Positions 9,178 to 19,975 of a stretch of 64,000 nucleotides of DNA are shown here, piece after piece. This stretch comes from Poseidonia sp. (GTDB lineage Archaea; Thermoplasmatota; Poseidoniia; Poseidoniales; Poseidoniaceae), in NCBI GenBank assembly GCA_965661285.1, contig CBFIDD010000002.1, forward strand, positions 96,001 through 160,000, in the 5' to 3' direction. Under the pieces are notes generated by a model, which saw only the letters and a list, made by a program, of their open reading frames with translations, was not told the origin of the DNA and searched no databases. The position numbers and the translations under genes are program-made. Within the stretch, counting starts at the first letter, position 1, and each line of letters opens with the position of its first letter.

Positions 9178-10044
9178 ATGGCTGGTATGCAAACGTTTGA
9201 CGCCTCACGTCCAGAGGATGTCTATCTTCATCTTGACGATGAGATTGAGGATGCTGAACGCGCAGTGTATTGTTACAGTCGTTTGCCCATGCGCCAACTG
9301 CTTCGCTTCATCCCGACCAACCGCTCAGAAATGTGGTGGCTTTCCGACCATGACACGCCGCGTTCCATCCTGCCTCACCCGGATGTGGTGTACGAACACA
9401 TCAACGATAACACGCGAAATCCGACGTCTCTGGTGATCCTTGAGGGATTGGATTGGTTTGTGCGTCGGACAGACGAGGGTGCGACCTTGGCCATGCTTCA
9501 GGCCCTCGACGCCATTTCAAGGGAACGTGATTTTCGCCTCATACTTGCATGCGACTCACTCACACTGAACACAACGTTTTGGGCCAGAGTGTGCAGTTTA
9601 GCTCCGAGGATAGCCATTTCTCCGACCACGCCAGCATCCGGTGTGCCAAGCCCTGAGACCGTTGAGGCCGAGGATGAATCCGAATTATCTCATGCGCAGA
9701 ACCCTGCCCCCGAAGACACCGTGCTCGCTCATCTTGTCCAACTTCCGCGCCACGGGTTTACCCATGCTGTCCTGGCCCGACGAATGCTGCAGTGGAAGCG
9801 AATGGGATTTGATCTCGCCGCACTCGAGCCGGCCATGGCGGCAACAAACATGGACAAAGCACACATGATTTACGCCACTGTTGAGTCTGATATCACGACT
9901 GCCATCGATTCGGTTCGTTTAATTGAGGACCATCGTGCAGACCTCAGTGTAAGCGAACGCGAACGATTCAATTATCGGCTGATGGCACTTACTGACGTGG
10001 CGGAAACATCAGCGGAACTTACCAACTTGCTGTCATCGAGGTAA
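9178..10044 (+). CDS. Hypothetical protein, N-terminal region DUF835-like
   Basis: YCYSR.P..., MWWLS, LVILEGLDWFV pattern recalls DUF835 (inactive KaiC/RecA-like); GGGAGG upstream. Confidence 0.55.
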   Translation: MAGMQTFDASRPEDVYLHLDDEIEDAERAVYCYSRLPMRQLLRFIPTNRSEMWWLSDHDTPRSILPHPDVVYEHINDNTRNPTSLVILEGLDWFVRRTDEGATLAMLQALDAISRERDFRLILACDSLTLNTTFWARVCSLAPRIAISPTTPASGVPSPETVEAEDESELSHAQNPAPEDTVLAHLVQLPRHGFTHAVLARRMLQWKRMGFDLAALEPAMAATNMDKAHMIYATVESDITTAIDSVRLIEDHRADLSVSERERFNYRLMALTDVAETSAELTNLLSSR

Positions 10045-11586
10045 TCGACCGTGCTCTGCTTCAATCCGAGCGAGCCAGCCACCGGTTCGAAGGGCAGATG
10101 CGAGTTGTTGCAGTTCCGCAGAGGTCGAACGATCTGCTACCAGTGGGCCAGAGATTGTACGGACGCGTTCCACCAATCCTCGAACATGGGTCGATGTTGA
10201 CGCCGTAGCGTGCTCCAAGGCCTCCACGGCAATCAGAAGTTCGCAGGCGAGGACTTCTGACAAGCGAGTGACGGCACATCGAAGATTCCAAGCAGCTGTG
10301 GCCCCCATGCTGACGTGGTCTTCCTGTCCCGCCGATGTTGTTGTGGAAAATGCACTTCTCGGGGACGCATGTCCGTGAAGTTCAGCAAGGGACGAACCTG
10401 CGACGTATTGGACGATCATCAGGCCGGATTCAAGACCCGAATTTTTCGCAAGGAAAGCAGGAAGTCCACTTCGAGCGGGATCCAACATTTGGTCCATTCT
10501 CCGTTCAGAAATCGAACCCAATTCAAACGCTGCCAAACTCATGGCATCGCAGGTGAGGGCGATAATTTCTCCATGGAAATTCCCCTGAGATACAACTTCG
10601 TGGGCGCCGGGGTTCGCAGGCTCTGGGAAAATGAGTGGATTGTCTGTAGCGCTGTTCAGTTCAATGTTCAGCACCTCACCGAGGCGCTGGTAGGTTTCGT
10701 ACACGGCACCGTGGACTTGCGGGGCACAACGGAATGAATAGGCATCCTGAACCCGGTCACAATCTTTGTGTTCGTGCATAATTTGAGAATCCGACAACAT
10801 CGTTCGGAGGCGATTGGCGACGACTGTCTGTCCCGGGTGGGCTCTGGCATCGTGTACTTCTGGTCTTGACGGCGTGAGGCTGCATGACCGAGCATCCATC
10901 GACGTGCTGAGAATCAAATCAGACAGAATAAGGAGGTCGCTCAGTTCTTGATACGCCATCGTTGCATAGGCTGTCATTTGACTGGTTCCATTGATGAGGG
11001 AAAGACCATCTTTCGCTGTCAGTTCAACGGCGATCAGCCCGCTGTCAAACAACACCTGATCTGTTGGTACGGCCTTCCCTTCGACGAGGACCTCGCCTTC
11101 GCCGATAAGTGCAAGCGCAAGATGAGAAAGAGGGGCCAAATCACCGCTCGCTCCAAGACTACCGATGCGCGGCACGGCGGGGTGTATGTTGTTGTTGAGG
11201 TACAGGACGAGTTGTCGAATGCAGTCAGGGTGGATGCCTGAATGGCCCTTGCACAAACTGTTGAGGCGGACGACCATCATTGCACGAACGGCCTCAACGC
11301 TCATCAAATCGCCAAGAGCCGTGGCATGGGAGCGTACCAAATTAAGCTGCAACTCAGCCAGGTCCTCGTTTGAAATGCGCTGGTGGACAAGTGCACCAAA
11401 GCCTGTGTTGATCCCATAAACCGTTTCGCCCGTGGCAACAATCCGGTCGACAACACCACGTGCCGCATGTATTCTAGGCCATGCATCCTCAGACACCTCA
11501 ACCAAAGCCTGTTGTCGGGCCACCATCATGACTTCTTGCGTCGAGAGTGTGTTGCCGTCAGCGTAAATTACAGGGCGTTCAATCAT
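10033..11586 (-). CDS. hutH: Histidine ammonia-lyase
   Basis: VYGINTGFG, MIO motif GASGDLAPL, LINGT, VQDAYSFRC.PQVHG, GNFHG, QEDHVSMG; start trimmed to ATG 11586, overlapping the hutU end. Confidence 0.95.
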   Translation of the reverse strand: MIERPVIYADGNTLSTQEVMMVARQQALVEVSEDAWPRIHAARGVVDRIVATGETVYGINTGFGALVHQRISNEDLAELQLNLVRSHATALGDLMSVEAVRAMMVVRLNSLCKGHSGIHPDCIRQLVLYLNNNIHPAVPRIGSLGASGDLAPLSHLALALIGEGEVLVEGKAVPTDQVLFDSGLIAVELTAKDGLSLINGTSQMTAYATMAYQELSDLLILSDLILSTSMDARSCSLTPSRPEVHDARAHPGQTVVANRLRTMLSDSQIMHEHKDCDRVQDAYSFRCAPQVHGAVYETYQRLGEVLNIELNSATDNPLIFPEPANPGAHEVVSQGNFHGEIIALTCDAMSLAAFELGSISERRMDQMLDPARSGLPAFLAKNSGLESGLMIVQYVAGSSLAELHGHASPRSAFSTTTSAGQEDHVSMGATAAWNLRCAVTRLSEVLACELLIAVEALEHATASTSTHVRGLVERVRTISGPLVADRSTSAELQQLASALRTGGWLARIEAEHGRLPR

Positions 11587-13615
11587 TCTCCCAACCTCCG
11601 AGTGTATCGAGAACATCGGTTGAAACCTCATTGGGCAACGTGACCCGCAATTTTGGTTCGTCCTCCATCGCCCGTTGAATGGCAGATACAGCGCCGTGAT
11701 TTCGGGCCCAAGCTCTTCGAGCGACACCGTTGTTGACATCCCAATGAAGCATGCTTTCCAAGCGACGGCCGGCTTCCTTAGAACCGTCCAAGAGCATACC
11801 AAAACCACCGTTGATGACCTCGCCCCAACCAACGCCGCCGCCGTTATGCAAACTCACCCACGTGGCGCCGCGAAACGCATCTCCAATGGCATTTTGGACG
11901 GCCATGTCGGCGGTAAACATGGAACCGTCCCGTATGTTCGCCGTTTCACGATAGGGGCTGTCCGTACCCGATACGTCGTGATGGTCTCGTCCGAGAACGA
12001 CAGGTGCGGAAAGAATACCACTGGCAATGGCCTCGTTCATGGCCATGGCGATTCTTCGCCGGCCGACGTCGTCTGCGTAGAGAATGCGTGCTTGACTGCC
12101 GACGACCAGATTATTTTCTTCGGCTTGTTCAATCCAACGTATGTTGTCGTTGATTTGTTGTCGAACGTCATCGGTGGCATGCGGAAGCATCGACCGAAGG
12201 ACATCGGCAGCGATCTCATCGGTCATGGCAAGGTCGCGTGGGTCACCGCTCGTGCACACCCAACGGTAGGGGCCAAAGCCGTAATCAAAACACATTGGTC
12301 CCATGATATCTTCAACATACGAAGGATAAACGAACGATCCGTCCGGCTTCAGTACATCTGCACCTACACGGGAGGCTTCGAGCAAAAATGCATTACCGTA
12401 GTCCCAGAAATACATGCCGCGCTCAGCCATGGTGTTGATGGCAGCCGCATGACGGCGAAGCGTGGCTTGAACTTCGGATTTGAACCGTTCTGGCTCTTCT
12501 GAGAGCATGGTTGAACTTTCTTCATAGGTTCTGTCCGCTGGGAAATAACCGCCTTGGTAGGGGTTGTGGAGGCTCGTCTGATCGCTTCCAAGGTCGACGT
12601 TGATGTTTCGCTCCACACAACGTTCCCACAATTCTACGATGTTTCCGATGAGTCCGATGGATATCGTTTCCTTGGCTTCGGCAGCGCTCACCATTTGGTC
12701 AATGGCTTCATCAATGGAATCGGTGACCGAGGTCAGCCAACCTTGTTCGTGGCGTTTGTGTGCTGCATGGGCGTTGGTTTCTGCAATGATGCATGCAGCT
12801 CCTGCAATGGTGGCGGCTTTTGCCTGAGCACCCGACATGCCTCCTAGGCCACTCGTGACGAAGGTGATCCCTGAGAGGTCGGCATCTTCGTCAAGACCGA
12901 GATGCAAGCGCGCTGCGTTGAGCAACGTAATGGTCGTACCGTGGACAATACCTTGCGGTCCAATGTACATGTAAGACCCTGCCGTCATTTGTCCATATTG
13001 GGTGACGCCAAGAGCATTCATGCGTTCATATTCATCTTGGGATGAATAATTTGGTATGACCATACCGTTGGTGACCACGACTCGAGGTGCCTCGGAATTG
13101 GAGGGGAACAAGCCCAACGGATGGCCCGAATACATGACCAAGGTTTGGTCGTCCTCCATTTCACAGAGATACTTCATCACCAGCCGATATTGAGCCCAGT
13201 TCTGAAACACTGAGCCATTGCCGCCGTAGGTGATGAGTTCGTGCGGGAATTGCGCAACGGCCGGATCCAGGTTGTTGTGTATCATGAGCATAATTGCGGC
13301 AGCTTGTTTTGATTTGGCGGGATAAGCATCAAGCGGGTAGGCCTTCATCGCGTGAGATGTGGGTCGGTATCTACGCATCAGCACCCTTCCGTAGGTGTTG
13401 AGTTCTTCGAGGAATTCTTCTGCGAGCACACCGTGGTGTTGTGGTGGGATATATCTCAGTGCGTTTCGTATGGCTAATTTTTTATCAGTGGGCGTGAGGA
13501 TTTGTCGTCGGTTGGGTGCGTGGTCAACGTTGGAATCTAGCCCAGGGTGTGGAGGCAACTCGTCGGGAATCCCTTCCCGTACCGATGCTTGCATGCGAAG
13601 AACTTCTTCCTCCAT
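11579..13615 (-). CDS. hutU: Urocanate hydratase, long form
   Basis: NNLDPAVAQFPHELITYGG, YGQMTAGS, GPQGIVHGT, GLGGMSGAQ, GRDHHDVSGTDSP, HNGGGVGWG. Confidence 0.95.
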   Translation of the reverse strand: MEEEVLRMQASVREGIPDELPPHPGLDSNVDHAPNRRQILTPTDKKLAIRNALRYIPPQHHGVLAEEFLEELNTYGRVLMRRYRPTSHAMKAYPLDAYPAKSKQAAAIMLMIHNNLDPAVAQFPHELITYGGNGSVFQNWAQYRLVMKYLCEMEDDQTLVMYSGHPLGLFPSNSEAPRVVVTNGMVIPNYSSQDEYERMNALGVTQYGQMTAGSYMYIGPQGIVHGTTITLLNAARLHLGLDEDADLSGITFVTSGLGGMSGAQAKAATIAGAACIIAETNAHAAHKRHEQGWLTSVTDSIDEAIDQMVSAAEAKETISIGLIGNIVELWERCVERNINVDLGSDQTSLHNPYQGGYFPADRTYEESSTMLSEEPERFKSEVQATLRRHAAAINTMAERGMYFWDYGNAFLLEASRVGADVLKPDGSFVYPSYVEDIMGPMCFDYGFGPYRWVCTSGDPRDLAMTDEIAADVLRSMLPHATDDVRQQINDNIRWIEQAEENNLVVGSQARILYADDVGRRRIAMAMNEAIASGILSAPVVLGRDHHDVSGTDSPYRETANIRDGSMFTADMAVQNAIGDAFRGATWVSLHNGGGVGWGEVINGGFGMLLDGSKEAGRRLESMLHWDVNNGVARRAWARNHGAVSAIQRAMEDEPKLRVTLPNEVSTDVLDTLGGWEND

Positions 13616-13721
13616 GAACAACCTACGAGGAGGGATGTCCTTGAGGCTTGTTCTTTTTCTTGATGGAACGGCCCATGCATAACATCAAAAACAGGTTCCA
13701 ATGACCTTGTTTTGAGTCGCC

Positions 13722-15611
13722 ATGCCTTCGGAGGATGCCATTCCCGCCACGTTGGTTGAGTCCAGCCGCACATCCGTTTCGCGAGACTTCAATCTTGTCC
13801 TGGGTTCAACCCTTGCTGTCGCTTTGATTTTCCTATTTGTTTCCGCCGTTTTTGGCGATGCGCTGGTCAACATGGTTGTTGACGATGACGAGGCCACAGG
13901 GGTTCGTGTTCCGGTATGGGAGCGATACACATTACCCTACGAGACCAGTGGGGATTTCGGCGTTGCTCTTGAGGTAGGAGCTTACGAAATCCTCCCAACA
14001 GAAAACGCCTGGAATTCAACCCATCATTTTGTTGAGTACACGCTTCCAATCGAGGAGGGCGGCGCTGCACCAAACGGTCTCATCAGCCTCGCTGTATGGA
14101 GGCCGAATGTTCCCGATGGCGTCAAAGTCCCCGTTATCGCAGAAAGCGGCCCGTATTTCCAAGAGGCCAGTGTAGAAACGCCCTCTATTGAGGTCCCCGG
14201 AAGTTGGCTCGGCCAGATGTTCATTGACCAAATCCTGCCGCACGGCTATGCCTTCGCCCAAATATCGGTATCCGGAACTGGACGTAGCAACCACTGCATG
14301 GATTTGATGGGCAACGCAGAACAACTTGGGAACGATGCTGCAGTACGATGGCTTGGAGAGCAAAGTTGGTCAAACGGTGCCGTGGCTCTGATCGGAAAAT
14401 CCTACGACGGGAGCACGCCTTGGCAAGCCGCCATGTTTGGCTCCGAACACGATTATCTAAAGACCATCGTCCCTATTTCCGGCCTCATCGGTGTCAAGGA
14501 ATTGATGTGGAAAAACGGCTCGTCCGAAGCCAGAGCCCCCATCATGCACAACGGCGTGTACGGATCCTACGGCATCGATGGCGATGAGGAGGATTATCAG
14601 AACGCCTGTCCAGATTACATCATTGGGCCGGGCACCGGTGTCAGCGCCTACATGTTTGGCTCAGAAGTGGCAGGAACCTATTGGGAAGAGCGCTACTTCC
14701 TTGACCGCGTGCTTGAGAATTACAAGGGAAGCGTGTACCTCATTCAGGGCATGCACGACTGGAACGTCGACCCACACATGGCTGTTCCAACCATCAATCG
14801 GCTCATCGATGCTGGCATTGATGCGCGAGGATTGTTTGGCCAGTGGGACCACGATTATCCGGACCGTCCGGTTCAGCTTGACGACCGTTCCGACTTGGGC
14901 GGGAGAGGGGGCGAGGCTTTTCCTGAGATGATACGATTTGATTGGATGCAAGACATGCTCGAATGGTTTGACTACTACCTCAAGGGCGAAGGCGAACAAC
15001 CCGGGCAATGGATCGAGATTCAATCAAACCAGGGTTCTTGGCGTATTGAAGAGCGTTACCCCGCATCCGATGTTGTCGCTCAGTCCTTTGAATTGGGTGC
15101 AGATATGGCTAACATCGGTGGGTCGACCACGGTGTTGCCCGACGCATCATCCGGTCCAGTCTGGGAAACACCCCCGCTGGAAAACGACCTCTACTTTGGC
15201 GGCCTGCCCCGTCTCCACGTTGACGTCACGACGGCGACCGTTGGCGGTCAACTCTATGCTCTGTTGGAAGATTGCGACGACCAGAGCAATTGTATCCACC
15301 TCGGCCACGCCATCATGGACCTTCGATACCATGCAGGCGGTGATGAAATCCAAACGTGGACACCTGTCCTTGAAACCATCAACGCCAAGATGGAATTCTT
15401 TGCGATGGATGCCGAGGTGCAAGCGGGCCATACCCTGCGCCTTTCGCTTCGCTCAACGGGCGAGGACTACCTGCCAGCAAGCACCTCTTCGATGGTCTTT
15501 ATCCAAGAGGGTACCAGTTCGACGCTCCAAATCGACACGTTTGACCCTGCGGAACGACGTTATTTCACGCCCCCTGTTTGCACCCACGAACGCTGTCTTC
15601 AGGCAGCATAG
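13722..15611 (+). CDS. Membrane-anchored CocE/NonD (peptidase S15-like) hydrolase
   Basis: N-terminal hydrophobic helix, GTGRS, nucleophile GKSYDG, QGMHDWNV, GQWDH, C-terminal GHTLRL domain. Confidence 0.85.
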   Translation: MPSEDAIPATLVESSRTSVSRDFNLVLGSTLAVALIFLFVSAVFGDALVNMVVDDDEATGVRVPVWERYTLPYETSGDFGVALEVGAYEILPTENAWNSTHHFVEYTLPIEEGGAAPNGLISLAVWRPNVPDGVKVPVIAESGPYFQEASVETPSIEVPGSWLGQMFIDQILPHGYAFAQISVSGTGRSNHCMDLMGNAEQLGNDAAVRWLGEQSWSNGAVALIGKSYDGSTPWQAAMFGSEHDYLKTIVPISGLIGVKELMWKNGSSEARAPIMHNGVYGSYGIDGDEEDYQNACPDYIIGPGTGVSAYMFGSEVAGTYWEERYFLDRVLENYKGSVYLIQGMHDWNVDPHMAVPTINRLIDAGIDARGLFGQWDHDYPDRPVQLDDRSDLGGRGGEAFPEMIRFDWMQDMLEWFDYYLKGEGEQPGQWIEIQSNQGSWRIEERYPASDVVAQSFELGADMANIGGSTTVLPDASSGPVWETPPLENDLYFGGLPRLHVDVTTATVGGQLYALLEDCDDQSNCIHLGHAIMDLRYHAGGDEIQTWTPVLETINAKMEFFAMDAEVQAGHTLRLSLRSTGEDYLPASTSSMVFIQEGTSSTLQIDTFDPAERRYFTPPVCTHERCLQAA

Positions 15612-16855
15612 GGCATCAGTCGAGGGGTTTCTGGCTTCCAAAGTGAAAACATGAGGCCTGAAACCATCATGATGCTCGAAAAGAGCAAGATGCCGTTTCG
15701 AATGCCCAGGTCCGTATTTTCCATGAGGTAACCAGCCACGCTTGTCGACGTTGAAAACGCCACGGAGAGAATGAGCATGTCGACCGAAAAGACGCGGCCG
15801 CGGACTTCGTCTTCGACCCACTGCTGCATCATCACCGTTGACAGAACCCAGTTCGCTCCGCTTGCACAATGAGCGAGGACGACCAAAACAACCGTTATCC
15901 ATAATGCGTAGGGGACACTCAGTCCCACGCAGAAGTAGATGGCGCCAGAAAGCATGACGAGGTAGCCAACAAGGCTGGGCCATAAGGCTTCATTTTGGAA
16001 AAAGGCGCGAGCGGCAATGGGTCCAAGGCCGGTCCCCACGCCACGGGCGAAGAAAAACAAGCCAAACCCGAAAGCAGCTCCAAATCCTTGGACATCGGCT
16101 CCCATCAGCACCAAATACACGCCAGCGAGGCCGCCACCAGCGACATTCCACGATGCTTTGGCAAAGACAATCCGGAACAGGGAAGGTTGGCTTCTGATCC
16201 GTACCCAGCCTCGTTTGATGTTGGCGATGGCCGTGGAAAACCAGGGACCCTTCATCGATTCCTCAATGGTCTGGGGCAAATCGAGTTTGATGAGGAAGAG
16301 CGTGCCAAACAGGAACGTGATGGAATCAACGATGAACGCTGCATTAGTCCCCCAAATAGAAACAACAACGCCGCCCAGCATGGCGCCGATGCACAATGCG
16401 GTGGACCATGAAGCCGCATCAAGTGCATTGGCGGTCGCCAAATCTTCCTCGGACACCACGTTGGGAAGGGATGCTCGTTCGGCCGTCATGTAGACGCCAT
16501 GCAGGGCCATCATTACGCCCGACAGGCCAATCATCCAGACAATATCACTCGAATCGTTGACCAGAAGGAAGAGAAGGGCGAAGCCCGCTTGGAGAAGATT
16601 TGAGACGATCATCAGCATCTTTCGATTGAACCGGTCGGCCATCAAGCCGATGAAGGGTTGAAGAATAGCAAAACCGGCCATTCGCACAGTAAACAGGAGA
16701 CCGAGGAGAAATTCACTACCCGTATACTCCAGGATGAGAAAAAACAAGGCGATGGTGTTGAACCATTCACCCAACATCGAGATGACGGCGGCGATCCACA
16801 ACCGTCGAAATTCACGGTTCTCACGCACGAGTTGCACGTAGGTGCGCGAGGCCAT
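15599..16855 (-). CDS. MFS transporter
   Basis: Many TM segments, FRRLW..ISMLGEW, GLMADRFNRK, EVRGRVFS; start overlaps the upstream stop (TGATG). Confidence 0.88.
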   Translation of the reverse strand: MASRTYVQLVRENREFRRLWIAAVISMLGEWFNTIALFFLILEYTGSEFLLGLLFTVRMAGFAILQPFIGLMADRFNRKMLMIVSNLLQAGFALLFLLVNDSSDIVWMIGLSGVMMALHGVYMTAERASLPNVVSEEDLATANALDAASWSTALCIGAMLGGVVVSIWGTNAAFIVDSITFLFGTLFLIKLDLPQTIEESMKGPWFSTAIANIKRGWVRIRSQPSLFRIVFAKASWNVAGGGLAGVYLVLMGADVQGFGAAFGFGLFFFARGVGTGLGPIAARAFFQNEALWPSLVGYLVMLSGAIYFCVGLSVPYALWITVVLVVLAHCASGANWVLSTVMMQQWVEDEVRGRVFSVDMLILSVAFSTSTSVAGYLMENTDLGIRNGILLFSSIMMVSGLMFSLWKPETPRLMPYAA

Positions 16856-19161
16856 CACTCCTCCTCCGCGGTCGTTGATGTGTCGTGGAGTGTACAAACA
16901 ATCCACTTTGATGTTGGCGTGTTGGAGACCGCAGCGGTTGAGGTGAGAGGAACCAGGCTGTTGGCTTCCGGGAAGTATGCAGCAAGATTTCCTCGTGGAA
17001 TCTCATAGGGGACGAGAAGCCAATCCTCTGAATGGCGTTGTTCGCCGTTGAAATGACTGGTGATGGATACCGATTGCCTTGACTTCCAACCGCGTTCCAC
17101 CATGTCGTCTGCATTCATGAACAGAACACGACGGTGTCCCCGAACCCCACGATATCGGTCGTTGAGGCCGTAGATGGTGGTGTTGTACTGGTCATGACTT
17201 CGCAGGGTCATCAACACATACTGGTCGCTTCCAACGTGAACATCCGGCAGAAGATGGGTTGTGAACTGGGCTTTTCCACTTGGTGTATCGAAGGATTGCG
17301 TGTCTTTGGGAGGGTTCGGCAAGGCAAACCCACCCGGCACGCGGACACGTTCGTTGTAATCCTCAAATCCAATGAGAGACCGCTCCATCAAGGCACGAAT
17401 GTGGTCGTAGTTCTCAACCATCAGACTCCAATCCAAATGTTGGTCGCCAAGGGTTGCCATGGCGAGTTGTCCGACAATCCATGGTTCACTTCTCAAATGC
17501 GGGGATGCGGGCGTCAAACCGCCCCGAGAAAGGTGCACCTGGCCCATCGAATTTTCAACGCTCACAACTTGCTCACCCGATGATTGCATGTCCAACTCTG
17601 TTCTTCCAAGGCACGGTAGAATGAGGGCTTCTTTGCCGGTCACCAAGTGAGAACGGTTGAGTTTGGTGGATACCTGGACGGTGAGGTCCACGGATTCAAT
17701 GGCCTTCGCCGTTCGGTCAGTATCGGGAGTTGCGGATAGAAAATTACCTCCCATGCAGAAAAACACACGAACGTCACCTGCAAGCATCGCTTGGATAGCA
17801 TGCACCACATCATAGCCGTGTTGACGCGGCAATTCAAACCCAAGCCCGACCTCCATTTTGTCGAGGAAGCCTTTACTCGGGGCCTCCCAAATGCCAACGG
17901 TTCGGTCGCCTTGGACATTGGAATGGCCACGAACAGGACACAAACCTGCACCTTTTCGACCAATGTGGCCGTTAAGGAGCAGGAGATTGACGACCTCCTG
18001 AATGACCGCAACACCGTTTCGATGTTGGGTGAGTCCCATGGCCCAGCACGCAATCGTGGCCTTTGAGGATGCCAACATGTTAGCCGCTTGATGAATGTCA
18101 TCTTTTGATAGCCCAGAATCGCGCACAATGGCATCCCATGATACGCTTTGAGCTGCCTCTTTCATTGACTCAAACCCTTCGGTTTTCTCATCGATGAACG
18201 ACTTGTCAATGGCGCCGGCTTGAATTTGGAGTTTGATCAGGCCCTTCATGAGCGCCGCATCACCGCCAATGCGGACTGGAAGGTGAAGGTCGGCGAGTTT
18301 GGTCGTTTTGAGATTCGCTTTCATGTAATCCTGGGGATGTTTAAATCGATTGAGCCCAGCCTCTGGAAGGGGGTTCACGTGGATAATGCGGGCTCCCTTT
18401 TCCTTTGCATCTCGCAGCGCCGTCAGCATACGCGGGTGATTCGTACCCGGATTTTGACCAATGACAAGAATCACATCGGCGTGGTTGAAGTCCTCAAGAG
18501 ATACCGTGCCTTTCCCGATACCGATGGTTTGACCAAGGCCCTTACCGCTGGATTCATGGCACATGTTTGAACAATCAGGCAGATTATTCGTTCCAAATGC
18601 ACGAACAAACGCCTGGTAGAGGAAGGCGGCTTCATTGCTTGTGCGTCCGGACGTATAGAAGACAGCATCGTGGGGCGAATCGCATGCATGAAGAGCGGTT
18701 GCGATCCGTTCAAACGCCGCTTCCCAAGAAATGGACGTGTAGTTTGAAGCATGCGGTGCAAGATAGACTGGGTGAGATATTCTACCAAGGTTATTGAGTT
18801 GAAAATCACTCATCTCGGCAAGGTCTTGAACAGTATGTTGACGAAGAAATTCGGGTGTCACCCTCGCTTTCATGGCCTCATCGGCCACAGCCTTGGCACC
18901 GTTCTCGCAAAATTCGAAGGTCGTTCGGTGGGCCGGGTCTGGCCATGCACACCCAGGGCAATCAAATCCGGCCTTTTGATTCACCATCGTGAGGGTCTTC
19001 ACCGTTTTCACAGGCCCCATTTTTTTCAAACCGTGAAGGGCAGAAGATGTCACTGCGGGTAAGCCAGCCGCCTTTTTTTTCGGTTTTGACAGCTTCAAAG
19101 CAACCCGGTCGGGAGGCGTCCGTGCACGTGGGCTTGGCCGAATGATAACGCCTCCAACCAT
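16855..19161 (-). CDS. FdhF/YdeP-family molybdopterin oxidoreductase
   Basis: GFDCPGCAWPD, EFCENGAKA, YTSGRTSNEAA, NNLPDCSNMCHE, RGHSNVQG, LRSHDQYNTTIYG; start uncertain. Confidence 0.92.
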   Translation of the reverse strand: MVGGVIIRPSPRARTPPDRVALKLSKPKKKAAGLPAVTSSALHGLKKMGPVKTVKTLTMVNQKAGFDCPGCAWPDPAHRTTFEFCENGAKAVADEAMKARVTPEFLRQHTVQDLAEMSDFQLNNLGRISHPVYLAPHASNYTSISWEAAFERIATALHACDSPHDAVFYTSGRTSNEAAFLYQAFVRAFGTNNLPDCSNMCHESSGKGLGQTIGIGKGTVSLEDFNHADVILVIGQNPGTNHPRMLTALRDAKEKGARIIHVNPLPEAGLNRFKHPQDYMKANLKTTKLADLHLPVRIGGDAALMKGLIKLQIQAGAIDKSFIDEKTEGFESMKEAAQSVSWDAIVRDSGLSKDDIHQAANMLASSKATIACWAMGLTQHRNGVAVIQEVVNLLLLNGHIGRKGAGLCPVRGHSNVQGDRTVGIWEAPSKGFLDKMEVGLGFELPRQHGYDVVHAIQAMLAGDVRVFFCMGGNFLSATPDTDRTAKAIESVDLTVQVSTKLNRSHLVTGKEALILPCLGRTELDMQSSGEQVVSVENSMGQVHLSRGGLTPASPHLRSEPWIVGQLAMATLGDQHLDWSLMVENYDHIRALMERSLIGFEDYNERVRVPGGFALPNPPKDTQSFDTPSGKAQFTTHLLPDVHVGSDQYVLMTLRSHDQYNTTIYGLNDRYRGVRGHRRVLFMNADDMVERGWKSRQSVSITSHFNGEQRHSEDWLLVPYEIPRGNLAAYFPEANSLVPLTSTAAVSNTPTSKWIVCTLHDTSTTAEEE

Positions 19162-19180
19162 GTGGCGGGCACTGCCCTTC

Positions 19181-19975
19181 TCAATGGTTCCGATGCAATC
19201 GGCCGTCAACAGCACCAATTACGACCGCTCGACCGTCTTTGGCGAAGGCCACCAGCGTCATGTTCGATGCCCTTGCGGTGGTAGCAGCTAAACTCGATGC
19301 TGCACCGATTGAGGCGATGATTGGGATGTTCATGCTGGCAGCTTTTGCAACGATGTCCCAACCACATCGACCCGACAAAAGAAGTGCAGCAGGGCGCACA
19401 TCTGTGTCTGACATGAGCATGGAGCCAATCGTTTTGTCGACGGCGTTGTGGCGCCCAATATCCTCTTTGACCAAAAACAGGGATGAATCTGCAAAAAGAA
19501 GACCTGCAGCATGCATACCACCCGTGAGGCGAAAGCCAGGCTGTTGTTCGCGCATGCGCTCAAGCCCATCGATCAGTTCATCAACGGAGAGAGATGGCTC
19601 GCTTTTCGAAACGATGGGCGTTTGTTCGACGAGGGTACTGAGTTGATGTTGCTCACAGCCTCCGCAAGAGGTGGTGACGACGGTGTTCCGTGAGGATAAA
19701 TGATCGACATGTTCCAACTCCACATGAATCGTGAATTCCTCCCCTGCAGTTGAAATCTGGATTTGGTGGCCACCTTGAGGAGGATTGATGTTGTATTCTG
19801 TCCGCAAGTGGCCTGTAGCTAATTCGGAGAGATCTTCTGGTGATGCCAGTAAACTCGTCAGGTGTGCATCGTTGACGTGAATGTGGATGAGGCATTCGGA
19901 TGCGACGGTTTCTCCCGCAAGGTCGATGGCCCCGTTCTCAAACCGATGAACCGGCGCATTGGATGTATTGTTCAC
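19181..19975 (-). CDS. fdhD: Formate dehydrogenase accessory sulfurtransferase
   Basis: TSCGGC, TGGMHAAG, EDIGRHNAVDK, LSGR; directly upstream of the FdhF/YdeP gene. Confidence 0.92.
   Translation of the reverse strand: MNNTSNAPVHRFENGAIDLAGETVASECLIHIHVNDAHLTSLLASPEDLSELATGHLRTEYNINPPQGGHQIQISTAGEEFTIHVELEHVDHLSSRNTVVTTSCGGCEQHQLSTLVEQTPIVSKSEPSLSVDELIDGLERMREQQPGFRLTGGMHAAGLLFADSSLFLVKEDIGRHNAVDKTIGSMLMSDTDVRPAALLLSGRCGWDIVAKAASMNIPIIASIGAASSLAATTARASNMTLVAFAKDGRAVVIGAVDGRLHRNH

Noticed and set aside
11587-11832. N-terminal extension of hutH in the ORF track (similar extensions on mqnD, pfdB, the DsrE-like gene and the P-type ATPase)
   Set aside because: The extensions overlap upstream genes or promoter gaps and lack family similarity; downstream ATGs fit better
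16855-19161. Selenocysteine-containing formate dehydrogenase
   Set aside because: The frame is uninterrupted and has Cys at the expected ligand position
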